Virus record (IMG/VR): IMGVR_UViG_3300033073_001071 | Coordinates: 488-64,487 of that record | Length of the DNA stretch: 64,000 nt | Direction: 5' to 3' (one strand) | Source: a virus | Shown here: one piece after another, positions 34,683-44,557 of the stretch | Position numbering within the stretch: the stretch's first letter is position 1 | Layout of the letters: the number at the start of each line of letters is the position of its first letter | The notes under the pieces: model-generated | Databases searched by the model: none | Told to the model about the DNA's origin: nothing | Seen by the model: the letters and a program-made list of their open reading frames with translations, nothing else | Program-made: the position numbers and the translations under genes

Positions 34683-37063
34683 TGTAACTCCAATGGCTTG
34701 CTTTTAATAGCATCGGGATATTTTTTATTAAAGTGACGCATGATCACGCCTGCTACTGCATTAGCTTCATTTTCGATTGGACTGCCTGTATCTCCAGCAC
34801 CGTGATACATTTCGCCATTTAAAAATTGTTTGAAGTGTACCAATTCATGAGCCAATGTACGCAGTATGTCTACAGGATGTCTATTGGCTATGCCCAAATA
34901 AATGCGTTCTTCTTTATCAACAAAACGGCCAAAAGTTGCTTGTCCGTCGTGTGGTGTTAATTCTTTTTGTAGTATAACGTGTGGCAGTTTTTCTATAGCT
35001 AGTTCTTTGGCTGCTAAGGGCAAAAACTTTTCAATCATGTCTTCCATTTCTTCAGCAGTGATGCTAGTGTCTTGGTCTTCAGTTATCTTGTCAAGGAAAG
35101 TATCTGCAAATTTTTTGCAGAGTGCTTGAATTTTATTATTTCTTGTAATTTCTAAATGCCAAGTTTTAAAACTATATTCCTGACTAGGATCTCTATAGCC
35201 TGCATAGACTTTGTGACAATCTGTTTGATTAATAAAATCAGTACAACTGGCACCATCACGCTCGGCCATTGGTTCACTGCAAGGACTTAGTGTAGTTACA
35301 ATTATACTACCATCTGGTATTGCGCCGTATTTGCTGGTATAACGATCCATGGCATCGTGTTCTGCATGAATGCGTTTACCATCTTGACCTGGGATATTGA
35401 TACCAAACACAATGTTGTCATCGGGATCGATTACACAAGCTGCTACCATACCATAGTCTTTGCCGGACTGTTGTCCTTGTACAACCATTTCACACAACTT
35501 AACTAGCACATTGTCTAGTTTTTCATAGTTATGTATTTCAAAATCACCTAGGTTTTCACTAATACTGTGACTTTTAGTTTTTTTGCCTGCTTGTCTTGCA
35601 CGACGGCCAGCACAGTGCGCCTTTTGGCTAAAGCCTTTGGGATTACTACAGTTGATGCTTTTCTTATATTTCTTAGTCCACTTTTCTTGTAGTTCTTCTT
35701 CCTCGCCATAACCTAACTGGGCTGCTGCTTGTTGTTGCGGTGATTTAATACCAGGCGGAGTAAACATTGGTATTCTGCCTGCCACGGGCGGCACTTGTTC
35801 AACTACTGCGGCTATGCCTGTGCCTATACCAGCACTGGCCAAGGTATACTTGATAGTGTCTAACCAACTCTTGCCATTAATTTTAGATATTAGAGTGGGC
35901 ACTATGGTATTCATAATGGCCTGCAACAAAATATTAGTTTGTGTTGGATTTAACTGCATGTGTTGAGCACTTGCAATAACACCACCTGCTATTAATGATG
36001 CTACTGTGGTAATGATACCGCCTTGAAGATAAGGATTTTCCTTGCCCTTTTTAAGCGCATCTAATACCTGTGCCTTAATGCTGGGGTCTGCTTTGGCCAG
36101 CAGTTGCTTTGCTTTGTCGTTATAATTTTCAACTTTTTCAGGCTCTACGGATCTAACTTGATGTTTATAAAAGTCTAATGCAGCTAGGGCAATTTGGTTG
36201 TTGCTGTCATCTTCGGCCAGTCTAAAAGCTCTTAGACTTTTTTGTACTGCGCCAGGCCTTACATCTCTTGTAAGACTCATGCTGTATCTTGGATCTTTAG
36301 CTTGTCGTTTACTGGCTATAACACCCACGCCGCCCATTTCATTTATGTTACCGTGAATGGGGCTAGTTGTGCTTACATTGTCGGGCAGTATATCTTCTTT
36401 GGCAGTTTCGGGAATTTTGTCATAGATAGCAGCAATTTCTGCACTGGGTCTTGCATACATCTGACCGAGAAATTCTTGTCTAGCCTTGGCATTTTTTCTA
36501 ATATGATTCCACAGCATTCTACATTCTGTACCATGGCTAACATCATAGTTCTTGCCTTTGATTTTAATTGACTTTTTAATTTCGGGTATTACAACTACAT
36601 AACCGTGTTTGTCTGCGGTCACTGCGTCTTTAACACCATTCCATACTTTATAGTAGCTGGGACTGCCTGCAGGTTTGACTATGTTACCGTCTTTGTCTTT
36701 TTGATCTCGTTTTGTAACTGTGTCTGGATTTAGTCTGTCAGCATCTGGTGCGCCCACGGCCGTGACAAAAATTGTGTTGACAGGATCAAACGCTTCGGGC
36801 AACGCATACATTTTATTTGTTTCAATGATATGATTGCCGGGCACTCCTGCTGCTGTAATAAGCTGATATTTGTCTGAAAAGTTAAACGGGCTTTTAGCTG
36901 AGCTAGTATCATTGCTGGTTAAAACAAAAACATTCTCGGCGCCGAACTTCTTTTGCAGTTGTGCAAAAACCCCTGCGTGTCCTTGGTGAAAGGGCTGAAA
37001 ACGCCCTGGGTAAGTGACAACAACACGGGGTTTATTTTGTTCGTATAATTCGTGTGCAAACAT
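34679..37063 (-). CDS. polyprotein: HxGH nucleotidyltransferase + Zn deaminase + HExxH metallopeptidase
   Basis: YPGRFQPFHQGH; HAE...TTLSPC...C; TLAHELVH...E.EANAVAG; late-type promoter at 37085-37091. Confidence 0.8.
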   Translation of the reverse strand: MFAHELYEQNKPRVVVTYPGRFQPFHQGHAGVFAQLQKKFGAENVFVLTSNDTSSAKSPFNFSDKYQLITAAGVPGNHIIETNKMYALPEAFDPVNTIFVTAVGAPDADRLNPDTVTKRDQKDKDGNIVKPAGSPSYYKVWNGVKDAVTADKHGYVVVIPEIKKSIKIKGKNYDVSHGTECRMLWNHIRKNAKARQEFLGQMYARPSAEIAAIYDKIPETAKEDILPDNVSTTSPIHGNINEMGGVGVIASKRQAKDPRYSMSLTRDVRPGAVQKSLRAFRLAEDDSNNQIALAALDFYKHQVRSVEPEKVENYNDKAKQLLAKADPSIKAQVLDALKKGKENPYLQGGIITTVASLIAGGVIASAQHMQLNPTQTNILLQAIMNTIVPTLISKINGKSWLDTIKYTLASAGIGTGIAAVVEQVPPVAGRIPMFTPPGIKSPQQQAAAQLGYGEEEELQEKWTKKYKKSINCSNPKGFSQKAHCAGRRARQAGKKTKSHSISENLGDFEIHNYEKLDNVLVKLCEMVVQGQQSGKDYGMVAACVIDPDDNIVFGINIPGQDGKRIHAEHDAMDRYTSKYGAIPDGSIIVTTLSPCSEPMAERDGASCTDFINQTDCHKVYAGYRDPSQEYSFKTWHLEITRNNKIQALCKKFADTFLDKITEDQDTSITAEEMEDMIEKFLPLAAKELAIEKLPHVILQKELTPHDGQATFGRFVDKEERIYLGIANRHPVDILRTLAHELVHFKQFLNGEMYHGAGDTGSPIENEANAVAGVIMRHFNKKYPDAIKSKPLELQ

Positions 37064-37093
37064 ACTGTACTAATTCTAATACAGTATTTAGCT

Positions 37094-37540
37094 TTACATG
37101 TTTTCTAATAGCCAAAGGTAAAACGGACTTGAAAATTCTAATTTATAACTACCATTCCACCCTAAGTTAATGCAGTTTTTCAGAACCGGTTTATTAGGAT
37201 CATCAGCCACAAATTCGCTAATTGACCACTTTAATCCTTCTAACTCTGTTTCATCAATTTCTATACTGTCTATGTTAAGTAACATATCCTTTATGATTGT
37301 TTTATTATCTTCACTAAGTACAGTATCGCTGTCTGTTTTATTTTCGAGCCTTATTTCCAATAAGTGTTGTTTGTCTTCTTCTAAATCAGCCACAAATTGA
37401 TAATATGCAGTTTCTTCGGTAGATACAAAGCCTGCAAATAACTCTATTCCATCAATTCTAATAGAAAAAAGCGGTACTTTATTCCAAAAAGTACCGCTTA
37501 GACCGATGCGAAATTTAAGTGTTTCTTTATACTGACTCAT
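37094..37540 (-). CDS. hypothetical beta-rich protein
   Basis: 148 aa, NLGWNGSYKLEFSSPFYLWLLENM. Confidence 0.7.
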   Translation of the reverse strand: MSQYKETLKFRIGLSGTFWNKVPLFSIRIDGIELFAGFVSTEETAYYQFVADLEEDKQHLLEIRLENKTDSDTVLSEDNKTIIKDMLLNIDSIEIDETELEGLKWSISEFVADDPNKPVLKNCINLGWNGSYKLEFSSPFYLWLLENM

Positions 37541-38462
37541 TTGCAGTTTCTTTAGCTGTTGCTAAAGCTGCAGCTGCTGCGGCCTTTTGTGCTTCAATGG
37601 CTGCGCGGCCTTCTTCGCTATTAGCATCAACACGCTTCAGTCCTTTGCGTTCCAATGCTGCCAAATCGCCCTTGAATTCATAGTGTCCAATGTGGTTCAA
37701 CAGTACACGACTATCGGCCCAAATATCGCCACCCAGGGCTTGCCAGCGACGGCAGAATGTCCAGTCTTCGCTCAAGTAGTGACCGCGCTCGTCAATCACA
37801 GTGTCAAAAATACTGTACATGAAAGGTTCATACTGCTTGCCTAGTCCAATGTCATCCACATACTTGCACTCTGGGTGTGCTTTGATCAACTGTTGGTAAA
37901 CACTCTTTCTAAACAATAAGAAACCAGTGCCTTGTGTGTCTACTTGGAAGATAGGACCTTCAATTCGGCCGCCGTTTTTCAAGTTAATAACATAGTCAAT
38001 GGGCAGGCTCTTCTTAGGATACAAGCCGCCGATAACATCCTTGTCTGCGGCAATCATACCAAAAATAGCATCTGGTTCAAAACGAATGTCTGCATCAATA
38101 AACATAAAGTGAGTGGCAGCATCGTTGGTCATCATCTTGGCACATAAGTTATTTCTTGCTCGTGTAACCAATGATTCATTGACCATGGTGTCCAAACTCC
38201 AGTTAAGGCCTACTCTCTGCGCTAACAGTGTAAAACGCAAAAAGCTAGTCATAGTTGGTTCACTTACCATGCCGCCATAACAAGGAACAGCAAAGTGTAC
38301 ATGAACTTTGCTAAAATCAAATTGATTACCCTGTGGCATCTGTGGTGCAGTTTTGGCCAAATCAGGCACTGGCATAATTGCTTTGGTCAGCTTGGGCACT
38401 GGCGTTGCAGTTGCTTTGGGCGTGATTTCTTTTGCTTCGACTTTTTTGTTTGAATCGCTCAT
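37527..38462 (-). CDS. GT-A fold glycosyltransferase-like protein
   Basis: PCYGG, NESLVTRARN, FIDAD (DxD), GTGFLL and LSEDWTFCRRW. Confidence 0.8.
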   Translation of the reverse strand: MSDSNKKVEAKEITPKATATPVPKLTKAIMPVPDLAKTAPQMPQGNQFDFSKVHVHFAVPCYGGMVSEPTMTSFLRFTLLAQRVGLNWSLDTMVNESLVTRARNNLCAKMMTNDAATHFMFIDADIRFEPDAIFGMIAADKDVIGGLYPKKSLPIDYVINLKNGGRIEGPIFQVDTQGTGFLLFRKSVYQQLIKAHPECKYVDDIGLGKQYEPFMYSIFDTVIDERGHYLSEDWTFCRRWQALGGDIWADSRVLLNHIGHYEFKGDLAALERKGLKRVDANSEEGRAAIEAQKAAAAAALATAKETANESV

Positions 38463-38485
38463 GAGTTTCTTTCTTAGGTAGTTGA

Positions 38486-38650
38486 TTAAGCTATATTAAC
38501 TTCGACAACAACACCGTTGCCAAGTAATTCTTCTGCTACAGATGCCAGTGCATCTGCTACATCCTGTGTGATTGTCATTTTATCCGCTTCGTCGTTTTTG
38601 ACTAGTTTGCTAACAGTGATCACAATATTTTGTTCTTGAATTTTAGCCAT
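38486..38650 (-). CDS. small hypothetical protein (54 aa)
   Basis: MAKIQEQNIVITVSKLVK...; SD AAGGA and CATAAATA upstream; below the track cutoff. Confidence 0.7.
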   Translation of the reverse strand: MAKIQEQNIVITVSKLVKNDEADKMTITQDVADALASVAEELLGNGVVVEVNIA

Positions 38651-38677
38651 AGTGCTGTCCTTGGATTATATGGATAT

Positions 38678-39415
38678 TTATGAAGGCTGGTAAACCTGTT
38701 GAAAAATTCCTGAAATAAATCCTGGCGCCATAAGGCTTAAAAATGTTGCTATTTTGTCATCTTTGGCATAAAAATATCCGCCAGTAAACCAAAGTTTCCT
38801 AGTAAACAAGTTATGATACACAGCTTTTGTTAGTTTGACATCGTCGCCCAAACTGTCAAAATATTGTGCAAGGCTGGTTCTTAGCTCAGTAGATAAATTG
38901 TATCCTTCTTTGAGATATATCTTATACTGATAGTCAGTGGGTTTTTTTACAATAATTTGATTAGACTGTAAAATTTGTCGAGAGCTATCATTTTTTGGCT
39001 TGTAAAACTCTGTTAAACTTTGTTTGTTGTGTTTGATTAAGTCGTACATTAACTGCTCATTGTTGCCGTAGACTTGAATCCAAGGTTCTTCAATTCTATG
39101 TTTAAGTTGGTCTTTATGGTCTGCAAACACCTGTTGCCAATATTTCAATTGATCGATATCTACTTCGGAATACTGATTTTTACGCATTGCGTTGCTTCTT
39201 GTTATCCAATTTGAATGTAAATTAAATCTTTTAAAATTTGTTTTTCTTATTTCTACCAGTGATTCGATGCTGAGTTTGCTATTTTTATCCTGTCTAATTA
39301 TACCAGCCAATGGAATATGCAGCACGGCCTTGTACAGGTACTGGCCGTAGAACAGTTTTACAGTATCCCTAACCTTACAGGTTGGCGTTAACTTCGTCCA
39401 AGACAACATATCCAT
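38678..39415 (-). CDS. hypothetical protein
   Basis: ~245 aa ORF overlapping the end of clpA; start uncertain. Confidence 0.65.
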   Translation of the reverse strand: MDMLSWTKLTPTCKVRDTVKLFYGQYLYKAVLHIPLAGIIRQDKNSKLSIESLVEIRKTNFKRFNLHSNWITRSNAMRKNQYSEVDIDQLKYWQQVFADHKDQLKHRIEEPWIQVYGNNEQLMYDLIKHNKQSLTEFYKPKNDSSRQILQSNQIIVKKPTDYQYKIYLKEGYNLSTELRTSLAQYFDSLGDDVKLTKAVYHNLFTRKLWFTGGYFYAKDDKIATFLSLMAPGFISGIFQQVYQPS

Positions 39416-41669
39416 TTTCATCTATAGCTTTGTTAGTGGGATAAAGAATATACTCATTTTCCCTAACATTAAAATCAAACTCACTGTCAACATAATCAAT
39501 GTCTACTGTGCAGTTTTGTAGATTTTCAAAAAGTATCTTTTTACTTAAAGGAGTTTTTATCAATTCATTGATCTTACGGGACAAGGGTCGTGCGCCCATT
39601 TTATTGTCGTAGCCCTTGTCAATAATTTCATCAATGGCCGCTGGCCTTACTCTAATACTGATGTGTTTGTCACTGAGTAAGTCATTAATTTCTTTAATAA
39701 ACTTGTCCACAATTCGTTCAATATGTTGTTTGTTGAGTTTATTGAACTTGACAACACCATCTAAACGGTTACGGAATTCAGGTTTGAAGAAGTCTTTAAC
39801 AGCCTTGTCATCTTCGCCTTCTCTGTCCAAGCTAGTAAAGCCGATACTGTTGCGCTCATTGTCTTGAGCACCAAGGTTACTAGTTAAGATAACAATACTG
39901 TTTCTACAGTCGGCTTTCTTTCCATTGCTACTGGTAACAATGCCTTCGTCCATTAAACTTAGCAGAAGATTACTGACATCCGGATGTGCTTTTTCAATTT
40001 CATCAAATAGGATAATACAATTAGGGTTCTTTTCGACTTCGCTGATAAGCAGACCGCCTCCAAGATTACCATCATCATAGCCTACATACCCGGGGGGAGC
40101 TCCAATCAGTTTTGCAACCGAATGTTTCTCTTGGTATTCACTCATATCATATCTAAGTAGTTTCATCCCGAGATTTTCAGCCAATAATTTTGCCAGTTCT
40201 GTTTTACCTGTGCCTGTTGGGCCCAGGAACAGGAACGAACCTACAGGTTTGTTGAGTGCTTTCAAACCTGCTCGGCTTACATAAATTTTATCTAATACAT
40301 TTTCAACAGCAGTATCTTGACCAAACAGTCTCGATTTGATATTGGGTTCGAGATTTTCTAAGTTCTTAGTAGTTTCATTATCTAATTGATGAACAGGAAT
40401 CTTAGTAAACTTGCTGAGACTATCAATAATGTGACTCTTGCGTAGTACAAAGTTTGCGGAAGCAATTTTTAATCTTGCCATACTAGCATCAATCAAATCA
40501 ATTGCTTTATCAGGCAGTCTTTTATCTGTTTGGTATCTAACACTTAGATCTACTGCGGCTTCAATGGCTTCGTCACTGACAGTGCCATTATGGAATTCTT
40601 CAAAATATTCCTTAAGTCCATGAAGAATATCTTTGGCAATAGTGGGTGTAGGTTCTTCCACAGTCATTCTATAAAAGCGACGCATCAGTGCGCGATCTTT
40701 TTCAAAGCTTTGGCTGTATTCTTCCCAAGTAGTGCTGGCAATTACTTTAATATTACCTTTTGTCAGTGCAGGTTTAATCATGTTACTGAAATCAAGACTG
40801 CTGTTACTGCCTGAACCAGCACCACGCATAGTATGCGCTTCATCAATAAACAAAATACACTTGCCTTTTAAGGCCAGAGCTTTCATTACATCTTTAAACT
40901 TTTCCTCAAATTCGCCGCGATACTTACTACCAGCCAACAAACTGCCGATATCTAAATTATAAACAACATGCTCTAACAAATATTCTGGCACTTCCTGTTC
41001 AACAATCTTTCTAGCTAGGCCTTCGGCAATAGCAGTTTTACCTACGCCGGGATCGCCTACCATTAGAATGTTGCTTTTATTTCTCTTGGCCAAAACTTCT
41101 ACAATTTCTTGAATTTCTGTTTCACGGCCAATTACAGGATCAATTTCATTCTTTTCTGCTTTGACATTTAAGTTAGTGCAGTATTCATTCAAGATAGCAT
41201 CAACTTGATTACCGGATTTCTTTTTACTGGTTTTGCTGAATGTTTTATTCCAATAAGTTACAACTTTGTCTTTTTCAAATCCGTATTTTTTAAAGAAATA
41301 CGAAGCATGACTGGCTTCTTCGTCCATTACGCTTAAAAACAAATCAATTACTTGTAGATTGTTTCTACCGCTAAACAGAACCTGTGTAAATGCGCGATTA
41401 AACACACGCTCCAGTGTTCTTGTTTTTCTAGGAGTACCAGTTTTATTTTTGTCTAATAGAACCTGTGTTTGGTCAGTTAAAAATTTGTCTAAGTCAGCAG
41501 CCAGTGCATCAACATCGGCGCCATAGTCTTTACAAAATTGTCCAAATGCTTCGTCTTGAACCATGGCCAATGCCAAATGCTCCAGTGTGCTGTACTGGTG
41601 ATTTTTAGCCACGGCAATTGCTGTTGCGGCTGCGATGATTTTGTCAATTTCTGGGGATGATTCAAGCAT
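39375..41669 (-). CDS. clpA: ClpA-like AAA+ chaperone/unfoldase
   Basis: Clp N-domain; two Walker A motifs (GDPGVGKT, GPTGTGKT); FIDE/FDE; SIGF ClpP-docking loop; no ClpB M-domain. Confidence 0.9.
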   Translation of the reverse strand: MLESSPEIDKIIAAATAIAVAKNHQYSTLEHLALAMVQDEAFGQFCKDYGADVDALAADLDKFLTDQTQVLLDKNKTGTPRKTRTLERVFNRAFTQVLFSGRNNLQVIDLFLSVMDEEASHASYFFKKYGFEKDKVVTYWNKTFSKTSKKKSGNQVDAILNEYCTNLNVKAEKNEIDPVIGRETEIQEIVEVLAKRNKSNILMVGDPGVGKTAIAEGLARKIVEQEVPEYLLEHVVYNLDIGSLLAGSKYRGEFEEKFKDVMKALALKGKCILFIDEAHTMRGAGSGSNSSLDFSNMIKPALTKGNIKVIASTTWEEYSQSFEKDRALMRRFYRMTVEEPTPTIAKDILHGLKEYFEEFHNGTVSDEAIEAAVDLSVRYQTDKRLPDKAIDLIDASMARLKIASANFVLRKSHIIDSLSKFTKIPVHQLDNETTKNLENLEPNIKSRLFGQDTAVENVLDKIYVSRAGLKALNKPVGSFLFLGPTGTGKTELAKLLAENLGMKLLRYDMSEYQEKHSVAKLIGAPPGYVGYDDGNLGGGLLISEVEKNPNCIILFDEIEKAHPDVSNLLLSLMDEGIVTSSNGKKADCRNSIVILTSNLGAQDNERNSIGFTSLDREGEDDKAVKDFFKPEFRNRLDGVVKFNKLNKQHIERIVDKFIKEINDLLSDKHISIRVRPAAIDEIIDKGYDNKMGARPLSRKINELIKTPLSKKILFENLQNCTVDIDYVDSEFDFNVRENEYILYPTNKAIDENGYVVLDEVNANL

Positions 41670-41677
41670 AAAAATAT

Positions 41678-42505
41678 TTATTGGTTATATTTGAGTTTTT
41701 GAATTTGTTCAAGAGCAGAGTCGCTGAGATCTGTCGGAATTTGAACTTTGATGCGTACAAACAAGTGGCCTTTGATATCTTTCTGAAATGCCGGTAAACC
41801 TTCTCCAGCAATTTTTAGTTTGGTATCGGGTTGGCAACCTGGATGTGTCCTTATCAAAAATTGTTTTCCATCTAAGCCTACAACTGTTTGCTCACTGCCT
41901 AGTATAGCATCAAAGCAGCTGATAGTCAACGTTGTTAACAAATCTAATCCACTGACTTCGAAGGCACTGTTGTTAATTACATGAACATTGATATACAGGT
42001 CACCGCGAGTTAGATTGGTAAACATGTTATCGCCCAAACCTGGATACTTGATTGTGGTGCCCGAAGTTATACCTGCCGGGATAGTTATGTCCACAGTGTG
42101 AACTTGATCGTTGCTGGTTTTGATTCTAAGTGTTTTGGACTGTGGATTAAGTGTTTCGTGAAGCTGGCACTGTATATCTGCTCTAATGTCTTTGTTTCGT
42201 CGTTCCTGTTGTCTAAAGTGCGGGTGATTAGCAAAAGGATTACCAAAACCAAATCTGCTAAAAATATCATCTAAATTAATATCACCGTGATTAAAATTAA
42301 AGTGAATATTATTTGGTTGTGGATTATCGTACTGTGCTCGTTTTTCGGCATCACTTAGTACTCGATAAGCTTCTTCAATTTCCTGAAATTTGGCCGTGTC
42401 TCCGCCTTTGTCAGGATGATGCTGACTGGCTAACTTTCTGTATGCTCTTTTTATTTCTTCGGGTGTGGCTGTTTTGGTTATGCCTAAAGTGTCGTAATGA
42501 CTCAT
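41678..42505 (-). CDS. DnaJ/CbpA-type co-chaperone
   Basis: J-domain with HPD and a C-terminal DnaJ domain; no Zn finger. Confidence 0.92.
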   Translation of the reverse strand: MSHYDTLGITKTATPEEIKRAYRKLASQHHPDKGGDTAKFQEIEEAYRVLSDAEKRAQYDNPQPNNIHFNFNHGDINLDDIFSRFGFGNPFANHPHFRQQERRNKDIRADIQCQLHETLNPQSKTLRIKTSNDQVHTVDITIPAGITSGTTIKYPGLGDNMFTNLTRGDLYINVHVINNSAFEVSGLDLLTTLTISCFDAILGSEQTVVGLDGKQFLIRTHPGCQPDTKLKIAGEGLPAFQKDIKGHLFVRIKVQIPTDLSDSALEQIQKLKYNQ

Positions 42506-42511
42506 TGATCT

Positions 42512-42552
42512 AGTATAAAAGAAAAACCGGCTAGAGTCAACTAGTCCGGTTT
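42512..42552 (-). promoter_or_regulatory. sigma70 promoter for dnaJ overlapping the upstream intrinsic terminator
   Basis: TTGACT-17 nt-TATACT with ATG 7 nt after the -10 box; the -35 box sits in the loop of hairpin AAACCGG(A)CTAG/CTAGCCGGTTTTT. Confidence 0.7.
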
Positions 42553-42565
42553 GCCAGTAATTAAA

Positions 42566-42784
42566 TTACTTCTTTTTACCGTCAGGTACTTTTTCGCCTT
42601 CAACCTTTTTGTGTACTTTAACTTTGCTGCATTTTTGAACGGGATTTCCCTTGCCGTCCTTAACAGTCTTTCCATCTTTGCCTACTACATCTTTACAGAC
42701 TTCTTTTACTTCTGCTTCGGCATGTGCAGGTGTTGCTAGGCCAAAACCTAGTGCTAAACTTACGATAATTGCTGATAATTTCAT
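42566..42784 (-). CDS. small secreted protein
   Basis: Signal peptide ending AHA; Lys-rich with two Cys; SD AAGGA. Confidence 0.7.
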   Translation of the reverse strand: MKLSAIIVSLALGFGLATPAHAEAEVKEVCKDVVGKDGKTVKDGKGNPVQKCSKVKVHKKVEGEKVPDGKKK

Positions 42785-42820
42785 ATTTTGTTCCTTTTAA
42801 TAGGCACTGAGCCCTTATAA

Positions 42821-42979
42821 TTACTTAGCTTTTTTGTCTTTACGAAGGTGTGCTTCCAGTGCTGCTTGTAATAACGCCGCTTTGTGCTGATTAGTTGAAT
42901 CTCGTTTAATAAATTCCTGCACAACCTGTGCTATATCTTTAGGGCTTATCTGTTGAAGCCACGCTAGACGATAGTTCAT
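42821..42979 (-). CDS. small hypothetical protein (52 aa)
   Basis: MNYRLAWLQQISPKDIAQVVQEF..., overlapping the holin end; below the cutoff. Confidence 0.4.
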   Translation of the reverse strand: MNYRLAWLQQISPKDIAQVVQEFIKRDSTNQHKAALLQAALEAHLRKDKKAK

Positions 42980-43235
42980 TTTGCATTCCTTGTATTTTTT
43001 CCCTACCTCTACTCCAAGATGTCACGCCTATAACAGCACCCATAGCTATATGAAACAGACCTGCACCTTTGAGTGTTAAAGGATCCCATTGGTTAGTTAC
43101 TTCTCCTCGATAGTAGGCCTGTAGTATACTCCATAGTACAGGGAAAACAGCAAAGTCTAGTAGGCAGACAATCATGTACATCCATGCCATATATGGACGC
43201 CATTTTTTATCTGTCCAATGTTCGTGTTTGTTCAT
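42939..43235 (-). CDS. putative holin (3TM-holin-like)
   Basis: WRPYMAW + TM helix...LFHIAMGAVIGVTSWSRGREK; located in the lysis cassette. Confidence 0.65.
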   Translation of the reverse strand: MNKHEHWTDKKWRPYMAWMYMIVCLLDFAVFPVLWSILQAYYRGEVTNQWDPLTLKGAGLFHIAMGAVIGVTSWSRGREKIQGMQNELSSSVASTDKP

Positions 43236-43420
43236 ACCACAGCCATAGCTACATTGCAACACTGCACCACGTATCTAAACATTTCTTCATTGCCAGCACA
43301 TTCTTGTGCAGCTCTAATATCCCTAATTTCTTGTAGCAGGTAATTCTTTTCTTCTACACTGATATTACCTAGTTGGTATTGCTCAGTGATAGCTTGTATT
43401 TCATGTTCTAGTGTGTTCAT
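43232..43420 (-). CDS. hypothetical protein
   Basis: Short helical ORF; start taken at MNTLEHE. Confidence 0.55.
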   Translation of the reverse strand: MNTLEHEIQAITEQYQLGNISVEEKNYLLQEIRDIRAAQECAGNEEMFRYVVQCCNVAMAVV

Positions 43421-43785
43421 TATCTTCCTTTCCAAGCATTTAAAGTTGCGTCTATTCTCTGTTTGCCAGTCTTTTTACCTAGATCACAAAATACAGGATT
43501 TTTATTTGAACTCAATTTTTCTAGATGCTTATTGAGACCTTGTAAATTTTCTCGTTGTGGATCATTACGCAGTGTAGCATAACGATCTAATTTTTTAGCT
43601 TCGTATTGGACTTTAGTCCAGTCTGGGTTTTTACAGTCAATTGCATCCAGTTCCTGTTCAATTACAACTAATGTTTCAAACATTACTGGATCATGATCTC
43701 TGGGCCAATATTTTTGTACAGTGGCTACTACAGCACATGAACTTAATGTTAAACTAAAACCAATAACTAATAAGATATTTTTCAT
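43420..43785 (-). CDS. lipoprotein
   Basis: Lipobox LSSC. Confidence 0.7.
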   Translation of the reverse strand: MKNILLVIGFSLTLSSCAVVATVQKYWPRDHDPVMFETLVVIEQELDAIDCKNPDWTKVQYEAKKLDRYATLRNDPQRENLQGLNKHLEKLSSNKNPVFCDLGKKTGKQRIDATLNAWKGR

Positions 43786-44087
43786 TTATAAGTGCCTTCG
43801 TAAATTGATTTTTGTATTTTGTACCATTCAATCCAAGCGTCATTTTTTACTGCACACTCATAATAAGTTGAATAGTTAATTGTTACTGTTTTTGCTACAT
43901 CACTGAGCTGTGCGCCTTCTTTAAGTTTTTCCAGCTGTGGGCAAGTCTGTTCACTGAACTTAGGAGCATCAGGCCACTTTTGACGCACAGGAGGTGTTGT
44001 GCAACCTGCACACATAGCAACAATAGCGGCCAAAAACAACAGTGTTACTATCAATGAACTGCGACGATTTTGTTCTTGATCCATCAT
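43782..44087 (-). CDS. putative o-spanin (lipoprotein)
   Basis: Lipobox CAGC followed by Pro-rich PPVRQKWPDAP; two further Cys; follows the i-spanin. Confidence 0.65.
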   Translation of the reverse strand: MMDQEQNRRSSLIVTLLFLAAIVAMCAGCTTPPVRQKWPDAPKFSEQTCPQLEKLKEGAQLSDVAKTVTINYSTYYECAVKNDAWIEWYKIQKSIYEGTYK

Positions 44088-44557
44088 TTCTTTTCCTTGT
44101 CAAACTGTGGAGGCTCAGCAGCTTGATTGTGCAGTTCAATAAATTTTGGGGGAATAACACAAGTATTATTATACTTGACTATTTCTCGTTCCACATCTCT
44201 AATGATAGTTTCACCACGCACTTTGATAAATTTTGTTTTTTCTACAACTTTAGTTTCTACCTTTGCTGTAGCTTCAGCGGCCTGTTGTTCTGCAATGCGA
44301 ACTTGTTCTTCTGCTGCTTTAACTTTGGCACGCCATTCTGCTTCGGTGGCATAACTGCCCTTAAAATACACACCTGCTATTAACAGCACTGCGCTGACTA
44401 ATTGCAGTAAGTGATAGTAAGGACTCATGCCGGGCCATCTGTTTAAGATCTTGTTAATAACAAAGAAACTTAAAAAGCTCAAGACAATGCCAGCAACTAG
44501 AATGGCATTGACTACCATTTCTAAAAAACTGTCAGGCAAGAAACTTAGTAGAAACAT
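44084..44557 (-). CDS. putative i-spanin
   Basis: TM helices, a coiled coil and a C-terminal CVIP..FIELHNQAA; directly after the endolysin. Confidence 0.65.
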   Translation of the reverse strand: MFLLSFLPDSFLEMVVNAILVAGIVLSFLSFFVINKILNRWPGMSPYYHLLQLVSAVLLIAGVYFKGSYATEAEWRAKVKAAEEQVRIAEQQAAEATAKVETKVVEKTKFIKVRGETIIRDVEREIVKYNNTCVIPPKFIELHNQAAEPPQFDKEKK

